Shown: positions 34,452 to 43,952 of the stretch, piece after piece | How the letters are laid out: the number at the start of each line of letters is the position of its first letter | Numbering within the stretch: the first letter of the stretch is position 1 | NCBI GenBank assembly: GCA_963736005.1 | Contig: CAVTNB010000001.1 | Location: 480,001 to 544,000, forward strand | From: an uncultured Pseudomonadota bacterium | GTDB taxonomy: Bacteria; Vulcanimicrobiota; Vulcanimicrobiia; Eremiobacterales; Eremiobacteraceae | DNA length: 64,000 bases | Direction of reading: 5' to 3' | The notes under the pieces: generated by a model | Seen by the model: the letters and a program-made list of their open reading frames with translations, nothing else | Told to the model about the DNA's origin: nothing | Databases searched by the model: none | Position numbers and translations under genes: made by a program

Positions 34452-35008
34452 TATATTCGCGTGAGGTCCAATCCGCCTGAAGATTCCAAAACGCGCGCGA
34501 CATCGTCGACCCGCGCGGATGGTGCGGCCACAATCAATGCAAGCGACCCTTCGTTCATGCCATCGATCAGACGAAAGCCTGCATGAGCTGACTGTTGAGG
34601 CGCAAGCGCCGCACCCAAAACGGACCCGACGAATAGACCCAAAACGAAAAACAAGAGTGCGTTTGCCAGCGGTTGCAGGTCTGCCGGAACGGGAATCTCG
34701 TGGCCTGCTGGCGTGAAGCTCAAGAGGATGCCGGCAACAATGCCGAGCGCTGCTCCCCAAACGCCGGCGCGGTCGACCGCACGCCGCGCGGTCGCCTCAC
34801 CGCTGTACTCACCCATACCGCAAAATGGGTCATCGGCCAGCAGATCTGCAACCACTCCGCTGCGCTGCGCGAGCTCGTTTGCTCGTTCTTGGGGGAGCGC
34901 TCCCACATGCACATCGTGAGGCGCGATGCCGGCGCGCAGCAACAGTTCGACCGCCTCGGTCAACGCCGCCTCGGTAGAAAAGACGCAACCGATAGCGCGG
35001 GGCGTCAA
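34451..35008 (-). CDS. Hypothetical membrane protein (two TM helices)
   Basis: Gly-rich TM pair flanked by alpha/beta segments; coupled to the downstream gene; start uncertain. Confidence 0.6.
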   Translation of the reverse strand: MTPRAIGCVFSTEAALTEAVELLLRAGIAPHDVHVGALPQERANELAQRSGVVADLLADDPFCGMGEYSGEATARRAVDRAGVWGAALGIVAGILLSFTPAGHEIPVPADLQPLANALLFFVLGLFVGSVLGAALAPQQSAHAGFRLIDGMNEGSLALIVAAPSARVDDVARVLESSGGLDLTRI

Positions 35009-35042
35009 AGGAGCTGGCGCACCTTGGCCAAAGTGGGCAGCG

Positions 35043-35366
35043 ATGGATTCCGACAACGTTGAGCACCCCGCACAACCAGATGTGACGCCGCGCAGCGGCG
35101 TTCTCGTCGGCCGAGCCGTAACCATTCGGGCGAGCAACCCGCCCCCACCCTATTTCACCGATGTTCACAGAAGCTGGATCGGCAAAACCGGTCGCGTGCA
35201 CGCGATCATCCCTGCGGTACCACGCGACAACCCGCTGGTCAAAGTCGGCTTTGACGAAGGAACCGAGATCGTGTTCTATCGCCTGAGCGAACTCGACGTT
35301 CATGAGGACACCCCGTCCCAAGATTCACGCAAACACGGGCAGCGCGGGAGCCATCTCCCGGACTAA
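35043..35366 (+). CDS. Small hypothetical protein, SH3/KOW-like
   Basis: VGRAVTI...WIGKTGRVHAI...LVKVGF...VFYRLSEL beta-barrel-like pattern. Confidence 0.55.
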   Translation: MDSDNVEHPAQPDVTPRSGVLVGRAVTIRASNPPPPYFTDVHRSWIGKTGRVHAIIPAVPRDNPLVKVGFDEGTEIVFYRLSELDVHEDTPSQDSRKHGQRGSHLPD

Positions 35367-35372
35367 TGTAAA

Positions 35373-35398
35373 TGCAGGGTCGCGAATTTATTCGCGAC
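35373..35398 (+). repeat. REP-like palindrome family B overlapping the btuF stop
   Basis: tgcagggtcgcgaatttattcgcgac. Confidence 0.75.
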
Positions 35399-36230
35399 GA
35401 GCGTGAATGGCAGAAATGAGCCACGCTAGACCGTCGACCACACGCGGACCATTTCGCTCGACTGTGTCGTCCGAGGGAGGCCGCACGACGCGCCCTGTTT
35501 TCACAGCTCGCATGCTGCGCCACGGTTCTCGCGCCATCACATCCGCGCCGAATTGGGTTTCACGCGCCACAATGATGACGTCGGGATCGGCTTTGAGGAG
35601 CCATTCACTGCTGACGTCTGGATAGGGCTGATCGATGCCGCCGGCGACGTTGACGCCCCCCGCCAACCGAATAAGATCGTCCAAAAAGCTGTGGGCGCCA
35701 GCCGTAAAGCCGGGCAGATCCAACAAGAAGAAAACCTTCGGCCGGTCGCGATACCCCGATGCCACGTGAGCCAGCTCCCCGAATCGTCGATGCAGAGCGG
35801 CAGCTAGGCGGTGCGCGCCCGGCTCATCGCCGCATGCTTTCCCGACCCCATCGATATCCTCAAAAAGATTGTTGAGATCGCGATTGGGAAGATATTGGAC
35901 TGGAATGTGAAGCTGCGACGCAATAGGCGCTGCTTCTCGTTCTTGATCGTGCAGCGCGAGAACGATCGTCGGTGCGAGCACGCTCAGTCGCTCGAGGTCG
36001 ACCGTGACAAGATCCGCAACGTGGGTGAGGCGCCGGGCAGCCACTGGATAGTCATCGAAGGTTGTATCGGCGACGAGCTTTGGACCGCACCCGAGCGCAT
36101 AGGCAATCTCGGTCAGGGATGGCGCGAGGGAGACGACGCGGACGGCCGATCCTACTGTTTGCGATGGCGAGATGCTCGCGCACGCGACGATCGCAACTGC
36201 GCAGGCCACGCGCAGGCGCAGGGATGCCAC
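35388..36230 (-). CDS. btuF: Cobalamin ABC transporter periplasmic binding protein
   Basis: RVVSLAPSLTEIAYALG, DYP, AGGVNV, YP.VS.E, RNGPRVVDG. Confidence 0.85.
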   Translation of the reverse strand: MASLRLRVACAVAIVACASISPSQTVGSAVRVVSLAPSLTEIAYALGCGPKLVADTTFDDYPVAARRLTHVADLVTVDLERLSVLAPTIVLALHDQEREAAPIASQLHIPVQYLPNRDLNNLFEDIDGVGKACGDEPGAHRLAAALHRRFGELAHVASGYRDRPKVFFLLDLPGFTAGAHSFLDDLIRLAGGVNVAGGIDQPYPDVSSEWLLKADPDVIIVARETQFGADVMAREPWRSMRAVKTGRVVRPPSDDTVERNGPRVVDGLAWLISAIHARRE

Positions 36231-38200
36231 TATCGCGTGGACACCCGAATGGAGAAGGCCCTGCCGATGACGGGATAGCCAAGCACATCCTCAGCGCTCG
36301 AGTTGTTTTCCAGATTGTCGACTTGCAGCGTCACGGCAAACCCACTGCTGATCCTCTTTTTGACGTGCACGCTCGTGGTCACGTAGGGCCGCATGAGTTC
36401 GGTATTGGCTTCGTCCGCATAGCGACGCCCGACGAAGACGGTATCCAGCCCATAGGTCCACGTGCCGCGCGCAACCCATGCCGTGGCGGAGGCAGTTGCG
36501 GTAGGTCTGTACAGCAGCCGGTTGCCGGAAAATGCAAGAGCGTAATCCACCGCGCGGAGATAGTCGGTGTACGCGATCGAAGCGTGCGCGAAACGCCCGA
36601 GGTCGTGCGAGATGCTCGACTCTATCCCGCGGACGCGAGCCCGGCTCACGTTGACGGGGTGCACGTCGCCGAACTTGTCGAACGGCACGTTGATGATCAA
36701 GTTGTTCGTATCTGCGCCGAAGTACGCGAGATTGAAATCACCATGCGACCCTCGTGCTCGTACACCCCCATCGAAGGTTGCGCCGTACTCAGGCAAGAGC
36801 GCAGGATCGCCATAGCCTGGATAATAGCGTTCGTCGAGATTCGGATTCCGAAAGGCCCGGGCGTAGTTCGCGACGAGATCAAACGCATCGGACAATTTGA
36901 GAATCGCGCCGGTTGATGGAACACTCACCGGTTTCGTTCCCGCGGACTGTTCGTTTCGAACTCCGGCGCTGACCGAGAAAGGCGAGTTTGGAGCATGCTC
37001 CTCATCTTGAAGGTACAAGGCGCTCGTCGTGTCGCGAGCCACGCAGGGTTTGTTCTTCGTGATGCCCTCACATTGCACCGGAGGTCCGCCGTACGGCACG
37101 CCTGCAAAAGCGAAATCGAACAATGCGGTGTCGTTCCCCGCGTCATAGCCGGTCGTCACGACGTTTGATTGCCCGACCTCCATCGTTGCCCGCAGCGCGA
37201 TCTGCCGAGAATTCGCGTTGCCTTGCGTGTCGTACGCAAAGGGAGGTGTCGGATCGTAAAAATGCAGGCGCCGACCATCCGTTGAGAGTTGCAGTTCGAA
37301 TTCGCTGCGCGCGAGGGGAAGATCGAAGTCCAAGTTCATCCTTTGATAGATGCGCTGCTGGCGGGCGAGCCCACTTGGTTGCGCGGGTCCAAACGGTGAA
37401 AAAACACTTCCCGGAGATCCTATGTTGGATGCATTGTTTTGCAGCGTTGCCGCTGCTAAGACCGCGCCGAGACGGCCATTGAGATTCACGCTCGTATTTT
37501 CTTCTTTCGCGTCGTCATTGGTCCGCACGCCCGTCGGATACAGAGTCCCATAGGCTGGGTAGGCGAACTCGTTGTTGGCGGAGACCGTTTGCACGTCAAC
37601 GCGCCCCAAGAAATTCGGCGCGCCCAGCGTCACGCCCAACCCGCGCGTGAACTCGCCGCGATACCCCCATTGCGCGATCGCCGTCGCGCTCCCAGCGCTC
37701 ACGGGTTCTTTGGTGACTATGTTGATGACGCCGCCCATAGCTGCGCTGCCATAAAGGGTTGACGACCCGCCTTGCACCACCTCAATGTGGTCGATCGTGC
37801 TCGCCGGCAGCGTTGAAAAATCAAACGAACCGGTGTCTGGTTCGTTTGCCGGCAACCCGTTGATGAGAATGAGCGTCTGCGACGTGCTTGCGCCTCGCAG
37901 CGCAACCGTCGCGAGTGAGCCGTAGGCGCCATACTCTTGCACGACCGTGCCCGGTACGAAGCGCAAGGCGTCGGCCGCTGTCGCTGCGCCGAGTCGTTCC
38001 AGATCAGCGGCGCTCAGAATCCAGACATGACGGGAGGTGCGGCCGATGGGCGTCTGGTGGCGTTGCGCGGTCACAACCACGCCGCTCAACTGCTTTGGCG
38101 CTGGCGTCGCGCTCGGGCCTGGTGTTGGCGCAGCCAACGACGGGATCGCTGCGGCAAACCCGACGACGGCAACGACCGTGAGAACGATAAGGGTGCGCAC
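36230..38200 (-). CDS. btuB: TonB-dependent receptor, BtuB-like
   Basis: Signal peptide, VVVTA TonB box, plug LRGA...LILING...IDHIEVVQGGSSTLYG, FRNPNLDERY; lies in a riboswitch-controlled operon. Confidence 0.82.
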   Translation of the reverse strand: MRTLIVLTVVAVVGFAAAIPSLAAPTPGPSATPAPKQLSGVVVTAQRHQTPIGRTSRHVWILSAADLERLGAATAADALRFVPGTVVQEYGAYGSLATVALRGASTSQTLILINGLPANEPDTGSFDFSTLPASTIDHIEVVQGGSSTLYGSAAMGGVINIVTKEPVSAGSATAIAQWGYRGEFTRGLGVTLGAPNFLGRVDVQTVSANNEFAYPAYGTLYPTGVRTNDDAKEENTSVNLNGRLGAVLAAATLQNNASNIGSPGSVFSPFGPAQPSGLARQQRIYQRMNLDFDLPLARSEFELQLSTDGRRLHFYDPTPPFAYDTQGNANSRQIALRATMEVGQSNVVTTGYDAGNDTALFDFAFAGVPYGGPPVQCEGITKNKPCVARDTTSALYLQDEEHAPNSPFSVSAGVRNEQSAGTKPVSVPSTGAILKLSDAFDLVANYARAFRNPNLDERYYPGYGDPALLPEYGATFDGGVRARGSHGDFNLAYFGADTNNLIINVPFDKFGDVHPVNVSRARVRGIESSISHDLGRFAHASIAYTDYLRAVDYALAFSGNRLLYRPTATASATAWVARGTWTYGLDTVFVGRRYADEANTELMRPYVTTSVHVKKRISSGFAVTLQVDNLENNSSAEDVLGYPVIGRAFSIRVSTR

Positions 38201-38217
38201 GCTGTCCGGTCCTTTCC

Positions 38218-38946
38218 TTACGTGGGTAAGCAAATGAGATAGCCCTCGTGCGGATGATGGTGCGTGGAGACGGCGATGCCGTAGGCCTCGCTGAGCGCGC
38301 GGGCCTCGAGCACTTCGTCAGGTGGCCCCATTGCGAGCGCACCGTTCGCAAGCAGTGCAACATCATCTGCAAAGCGTGCCGCAAGCGTCAGGTCGTGAAC
38401 GGCGGCGACGACCGACACGCCCGAGCGAGTCAACTCCCGAAGCATTTTGAGGATCTCGATCTGGAAACGAAGGTCAAGGTGCGTGGTCGGTTCGTCGATG
38501 AGCAGCACGTCGGCGCACGTTGCAAGCGCCGCTGCGATCCAAGCACGTTGTACTTCTCCAGCGCTCATGCTGGCGATGGGATCTTCATACCGTTCCGAAA
38601 GATTGCAGCGGGCGAGCGCCGCGTGGATGCGTTGCTCGTCGTCGGGCGCTAGCGTCCACTGCCAGAAGCGGCGGTTCGCCGCAAGTCCGTACGCGGCAAG
38701 ATCGACCGGTGTTAAATCGCCCGGCGGATCCATAGACGGCGCAATCAGCGCAACTTTGCCTGCGCGACTCACCCGGCCCGCAGTTGGCTTTTGCACTCCC
38801 GCAAGCACCCGCAAGAGCGACGACTTCCCGCCACCATTAGGTCCGATGAGCGCGACAAAGCGGCCCGGCAGCACGGCAAAGTCCACCCCCTCGAAGACAG
38901 GCCTTGCCCCGTACGCAACCGTCAGCCGCTCGCCGCGCAGCATCAT
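38218..38946 (-). CDS. btuD: Cobalamin/iron-chelate ABC transporter ATPase
   Basis: GPNGGGKSS, MSAGEVQR, LLIDEPTTHLD, VHDL. Confidence 0.85.
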   Translation of the reverse strand: MMLRGERLTVAYGARPVFEGVDFAVLPGRFVALIGPNGGGKSSLLRVLAGVQKPTAGRVSRAGKVALIAPSMDPPGDLTPVDLAAYGLAANRRFWQWTLAPDDEQRIHAALARCNLSERYEDPIASMSAGEVQRAWIAAALATCADVLLIDEPTTHLDLRFQIEILKMLRELTRSGVSVVAAVHDLTLAARFADDVALLANGALAMGPPDEVLEARALSEAYGIAVSTHHHPHEGYLICLPT

Positions 38947-40022
38947 CAGAGTTCGACCGGCCGGCGAGCGATCACGAGAAAAAACGGAACGCCGACGAAC
39001 GCAAGCAAAACGCCAAGCGGAACTTCGCTGGGCGGCATCACGGTTCTGGCCAAAAGGTCGGCAATGACCACCACGATTGCACCACCCAGCGCACTGCCGA
39101 TGAGCAACCAGCGTGCATCGCCGCCGATAAATCGACGCAGCACGTGCGGTACCATCAAGCCGACGAAACCGACGATGCCGCTCACGGATACGCACGCCGC
39201 GGTAATGAGCGCGGCCGCCGCGATGATGCGCCAGCGCGCCGCGAAAACGGTCAGGCCAAATCCGAGCGCGGCCGCACTCCCCAATCGAAGGAGATTCAGC
39301 GCGTGCACTTGCGAAAACGCCGCAGCAACGCCAACGCTAAGGTACGCAGTCATGAGGGCCAGATCTGACCAACCGCGCCCGCTGATCCCTCCGGCCAGCC
39401 AGGCGAGAATGTTGAGCCCGCCCGCCTGCTCGCGCTGCAACAAGATGAGGGTCACAAATGCGCTGGCGAGGGCCGAGACCGCCACGCCGGCAAGGACCAG
39501 TCGAAGGCTACCCCCCGGCCCATCCGATGCGCCAATCCAAGCGACGATCGTTGCGCACGCGAGCCCTCCAAAAAACGCGAGCGCTGGGATCAGGGCAAAC
39601 GTCACGCCGAGCGCAAACCCCGCAGAGGCTGCAAGCGCTGCGCCCGCGGCGACACCGGTAATATACGGATCCACCAACGGATTGCGAAACATCGCTTGCA
39701 ACATCGCGCCTGCCATGCCGAGACCGGCACCAACGGCCATTGCGAGCAGGACGCGCGGCAATCGAAGATCCCACACGATGGCATGCGACGTTCCAACCAC
39801 GCTTGGATGGAAAAGCGTGAAGACGATGGCGGAGAGAGGCAGACTGACGCTTCCTATCGATAGGGCGAGCAAGGCTGCGCACGGCACGAGGAGCGCGAGC
39901 ACGATCAAACGGCTTGTTCTGACATTGCGCCGAACGTAGGCGGGGCGGGAGCGTTGCAAGGGCGACGCGCTTGCGCCCCTCGGTGAGGGTGCAGTCCCGC
40001 TTGCCCCAGCGGAATGGATCAT
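38946..40022 (-). CDS. btuC: Cobalamin/iron-chelate ABC transporter permease (FecCD family)
   Basis: LRLPRVLL, FRNPLVDPYITG, GFVGLMVPH, EVPLG. Confidence 0.88.
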   Translation of the reverse strand: MIHSAGASGTAPSPRGASASPLQRSRPAYVRRNVRTSRLIVLALLVPCAALLALSIGSVSLPLSAIVFTLFHPSVVGTSHAIVWDLRLPRVLLAMAVGAGLGMAGAMLQAMFRNPLVDPYITGVAAGAALAASAGFALGVTFALIPALAFFGGLACATIVAWIGASDGPGGSLRLVLAGVAVSALASAFVTLILLQREQAGGLNILAWLAGGISGRGWSDLALMTAYLSVGVAAAFSQVHALNLLRLGSAAALGFGLTVFAARWRIIAAAALITAACVSVSGIVGFVGLMVPHVLRRFIGGDARWLLIGSALGGAIVVVIADLLARTVMPPSEVPLGVLLAFVGVPFFLVIARRPVEL

Positions 40023-40061
40023 CGCATAAACCTCTTGAGCGCGAAGAGGCAGTTGCTAAGA

Positions 40062-40240
40062 ACGGCTGGGCAGGTCTCCTGGCTCTCGGATCAAGGCCTT
40101 CGTGCCGGTGCCTTCCCTTCCGAAACGGAAAGTGGCGCAACCGACGGCTCCCCGATAACAGTGGCGCGACCGCGCCGGATTTTCACCGGCTTCCCTGGCG
40201 CCCGGGCCGTGTGGTGTCGCTGTTCGAATCACCGTACGGT
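40062..40240 (-). promoter_or_regulatory. Cobalamin (B12) riboswitch
   Basis: Minus strand carries AGGGAAGCCGGTGAAAATCCGGCGCGGTCGCGCCACTGT, GCCACT...GGGAAGGC and GAGCCAGGAGACCTGCC, directly upstream of btuC. Confidence 0.93.
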
Positions 40241-40297
40241 GAGCCCTGCACGCACCGTAGGAACTCGCGATTGACCGCAGGAAGGACGGGCGCTCCC

Positions 40298-41144
40298 ATG
40301 CAGTATTTCGAACCGAATTTTGTTGACGAAGCGCTCGTGCTGCTCGATCGATTCGGTTCGCAAGCACGTCTTCTTGCGGGAGGCACGCGCCTGGCGTTCG
40401 CGCTGCGCGGCGATGCGGACAAGGTTGGCGCGCTCGTCAATCTCAAACGGATTAAGGAGCTTTCCACCGTCAGCCTGCGCGAGCCGGCGCTGTATGTCGG
40501 AGCGCTCGCCACCGCCGCAACGCTTGCGTCGCATCCCGCTGTGAGACGACATGTTCCCGTGCTCGCGCAGGCCGCGATAAGCATGGGGGCGCGCCAACTC
40601 CGCAGCGTTGCAACCATCGGCGGCAACGTTTGCTCGGGGGATCCAGCTTCCGATCTTTCCGTTGCTCTCCTAGCCTGCGACGCGCAATGCGAAATCAGAA
40701 GGTCATCGTCAGATCCGGCACTCGTCGTTCCTATCGAGGAACTGCTCCGCAAGGGCCAAAGCGCGCTCGAACCGGGCTCGCTCCTCATTGGCCTGCGCAT
40801 ACCACTTGGGTGGGATCGCTGCGCGTACCAGAAAATGACGACCCGACGAGCATTTGAAATGTCACTTGTCGCCGTCGCCTTTTGCTGTCGCAACGGGCCA
40901 TCTCTGGACGAAGCTCGAGTTGCGTTCGCCGGAGCCGCGCCCACGATTGTCCGCGCCCGCGAGGCCGAAAAAGTTCTGGCCGGGAAAGCGCTTCACGCTC
41001 GGGCGTGCGCGAGATGCCGCACGCGCAGCCGGCGCGCACGATGCCGCACCACAAACTGATTGGCGCGCGAGCGCCGAGTTTCGGCGCCAGCTTGTCGTGA
41101 CGCTCACCGAGCGTGCGATCGTAGCGGCCTGCGGCGAGCGCTGA
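40298..41144 (+). CDS. Xanthine-oxidase-family FAD-binding subunit (CoxM/XdhB-like; one frameshift near 40985)
   Basis: LLAGGT, QLRSVATIGGN, DPASD; the C-terminal DWRASAEFRRQL is in another frame. Confidence 0.87.
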
Positions 41145-41665
41145 TGCAACGAGTTCGTTTACAGGTCAATGGTTCCGTGCGCGAAGCGATGGTCGAGCCG
41201 CAGCTGTCGTTGCTCCGACTGCTGCGCGACGAACTGCAGCTTACCGGCACCAAAGAAGGTTGCAGCGAAGGGTACTGCGGTGCTTGCACGGTCCTCGTCG
41301 ACGGCGAGCCGGTGAATTCGTGCCTTTTCTTTGCAGTCGATGCAGACCACAAAAACGTCACCACAGTGGAAGGATTGGAGGACGCCCAAGGCAAGCCGCA
41401 TCCCCTCCAGTCGGCGTTCGTGCAAGAAGGCGGGCTGCAGTGTGGGTTCTGCACCCCGGGCATGTTGATGTCAGCCGTCGCGCTGCTCGAGACCAACCCA
41501 TCGCCCGGCGAAAACGACGTGCGGCTGGCAATCGCGGGGAACATCTGCCGCTGTACCGGGTACCAGGCGATCGTCAGTGCCGTCGTTGCCGCGGCGGCGG
41601 TTGTGCGCAAGCAAGATGCGCAACGGAGTGCCCGCGAGCGTAAACCCATGCACTCCCGCCCCTAA
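41144..41665 (+). CDS. Xanthine-oxidase-family 2x[2Fe-2S] subunit (CoxS-like)
   Basis: GCSEGYCGACTV...NSC and QCGFCTPG...GNICRCTGY. Confidence 0.93.
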   Translation: MQRVRLQVNGSVREAMVEPQLSLLRLLRDELQLTGTKEGCSEGYCGACTVLVDGEPVNSCLFFAVDADHKNVTTVEGLEDAQGKPHPLQSAFVQEGGLQCGFCTPGMLMSAVALLETNPSPGENDVRLAIAGNICRCTGYQAIVSAVVAAAAVVRKQDAQRSARERKPMHSRP

Positions 41666-41684
41666 TCGCCCCACGGAGAAACCG

Positions 41685-43952
41685 ATGACCGCGATGATCG
41701 GAAAGAAAATCCCACGAGCAGATGCACTAGCGAAGGTGCGCGGTCAAGCTGCTTACGTTGCCGATCTTGCACTCGAAGGATCGCTGGCGGCAACGCTGCT
41801 TCGGTCTCCATACCCATTCGCTCGAATCAAAGCGATCGACGTGACCCGCGCTGCCAAGATGCCGGGGATCGCTGCAATCGCCTTCAGCGGGAACACTCCA
41901 GCCAAGCCGCTGGATTTTGGCATCAAAGACCAGCACCTGTTTCCCCGCGAATACGTACGGTATGCCGGTGAGCCTGTAGCAGCGATCGCCGGCGACACGA
42001 TTGAGCATGCGCGTGCCGCTGCAGCCGCGATCACAGTTACCTACGAAGTGCTCACGCCGGTGCAATCGATCGCGCAAGCTCTCGCGCCGCACGCCCCCCT
42101 CGTTCACCCGGACTGGCAAGCATACGAGAAAGGCGCGAATCGTGTCTTGCGCGGTAATGTCTGCGGTTATAATCGGATCCGGCGCGGCGACGTGGCAAGC
42201 GCCTTCTCCAGCGCCGACGTCGTCGTCGAATCAAAGTTTGAATTCTCTCCAGGCATCCCGGGCTACATCGAGCCGCGCGCGGCCATTGCGCGACGGGAAG
42301 CCGATCTCGGGCTCACCGTCTGGTGCGGTTCGCAGTCACCATATTCCAACCGCGACGACCTCGCGGCGTTCTTTGACCTACCGCAAGAGCGCGTTCGCTT
42401 CATCAACCAATTCGTCGGCGGCGCCTTTGGCGGAAAAATCCTCATGGCGACGGAGTGGTATGCGGCCGCGCTCGCGTTGCAGTGCGACCGTCCAGTGCGC
42501 ATGGTTTGGTCGCGGCACGAAGACGGCCAAAATGTCTTCCCGCGACATGGCGGGACCGCAACGTTTCGCAGCGGAGCCCGAAACGACGGCACGCTGCTGG
42601 CAATGCAGGCGTCCTTCTTCTTCGACACGGGAGCCTACATCGGATACGGGTCGGGCACCGCGTTGATCGCGACGATGCTTGCGTCAGCGCCTTATCGCAT
42701 TCCGAATATCGACCTCGAGGGCACGCTTGTGTACACAAACAAGCAAGTTGCGGGTCCGGTTCGCGCTCCCGGCGGGCCACAGTCAACCTTCGCAAAGGAG
42801 CTGCATCTTGACGAGCTGGCCCGTGCGCTCGCGATAGATCCTTTAGAATTTCGCTTGCACAATGCATGGGAAGATGGCGATGTCAGTCCGACCGGGCAGA
42901 AACTCGCCTCAGTGAGCGTGAAAGAAACGCTGCGGCGAGTCGCTGAGACGATTGGCTGGCACCAAGAGCGCGCAGCACACGAGGGCGTCGGCATCGCCTG
43001 CTCGTGGTGGTTTTCATCGTGCGGGCGCTCGCAAGCGAATGTTGAAGTGCGAGCCGATGGGAGCGTGCACGTCTCCAGCGGCAACCCAGAAGTTGGCACG
43101 GGTTCGGCGGCGGGGGCGATCCCGCTGATCGTTGCGGATCGGTTAGGGGTCGATCCCCACGCAATCGTTCTGACCCTTGGCGATACGGCAACCGGCACCT
43201 ACGATGGCGGCGTCGGCGGCAGCGCCTCGACCTTCTCGGCAGGGCAAGCAGCAAAGATTGCCGCTGATGATGTCCGGGACCAGTTGCTCGCAAGAGCGGA
43301 GGAGTCACTCGAAGCACGGCGCGAGGACATCGAACTTCACGACGGAACGGCCAACGTGCGCGGCGTGCCTGGTCACGCAATTTCCCTCGCGCAGCTCGCG
43401 TCCCAATCCGGCGGCGCGATCTCCGCTACCGGCGAAACCAAAGAAATCAGCGAGCCGGAATTTGATGCTTCGCTCGTGCAGTCGCACGACTTTGCAAGCT
43501 GGCTTGCCCCTTCGTTTACCACGAGCGCCGCTTTGGTGGACGTTGATGCCGAAACCGGCCGCGTCCGGGTCCATCGAATCGTCACCGCCCAAGATGTTGG
43601 CTTTGCCGTTAATCCTAACGGCATCGTCGGCCAAATTGAGGGCGGTGCGGTGCAAGCACTCGGTTTTGCGTTAAGTGAAGAACTGCTCTTCGGCGCAGAG
43701 GGAATCATCAACACTGGTTTCCACGACTACCTCTTGCCCACAGCTGTCGACGCTCCGAAGCTCGATGCCATCATCGTCACGTCGCCATCCAGCGAAGGAC
43801 CCTTTGGCATGAAGGGCGTCGGCGAACCGCCGGTGACGACACCGGCTGGTGCGATCGGCAATGCGATTCGTGATGCCGCAGGAGCGGTTCCTTACACGAC
43901 GCCGATGACGCCGGAGCGAGTATGGCGCGCCTTGCGCGACGCAGATCGCTAA
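41685..43952 (+). CDS. Xanthine-oxidase-family molybdopterin-binding subunit
   Basis: VGGAFGGK, VRAPGGPQ, GQIEGG, KGVGEPP (catalytic Glu). Confidence 0.92.
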   Translation: MTAMIGKKIPRADALAKVRGQAAYVADLALEGSLAATLLRSPYPFARIKAIDVTRAAKMPGIAAIAFSGNTPAKPLDFGIKDQHLFPREYVRYAGEPVAAIAGDTIEHARAAAAAITVTYEVLTPVQSIAQALAPHAPLVHPDWQAYEKGANRVLRGNVCGYNRIRRGDVASAFSSADVVVESKFEFSPGIPGYIEPRAAIARREADLGLTVWCGSQSPYSNRDDLAAFFDLPQERVRFINQFVGGAFGGKILMATEWYAAALALQCDRPVRMVWSRHEDGQNVFPRHGGTATFRSGARNDGTLLAMQASFFFDTGAYIGYGSGTALIATMLASAPYRIPNIDLEGTLVYTNKQVAGPVRAPGGPQSTFAKELHLDELARALAIDPLEFRLHNAWEDGDVSPTGQKLASVSVKETLRRVAETIGWHQERAAHEGVGIACSWWFSSCGRSQANVEVRADGSVHVSSGNPEVGTGSAAGAIPLIVADRLGVDPHAIVLTLGDTATGTYDGGVGGSASTFSAGQAAKIAADDVRDQLLARAEESLEARREDIELHDGTANVRGVPGHAISLAQLASQSGGAISATGETKEISEPEFDASLVQSHDFASWLAPSFTTSAALVDVDAETGRVRVHRIVTAQDVGFAVNPNGIVGQIEGGAVQALGFALSEELLFGAEGIINTGFHDYLLPTAVDAPKLDAIIVTSPSSEGPFGMKGVGEPPVTTPAGAIGNAIRDAAGAVPYTTPMTPERVWRALRDADR

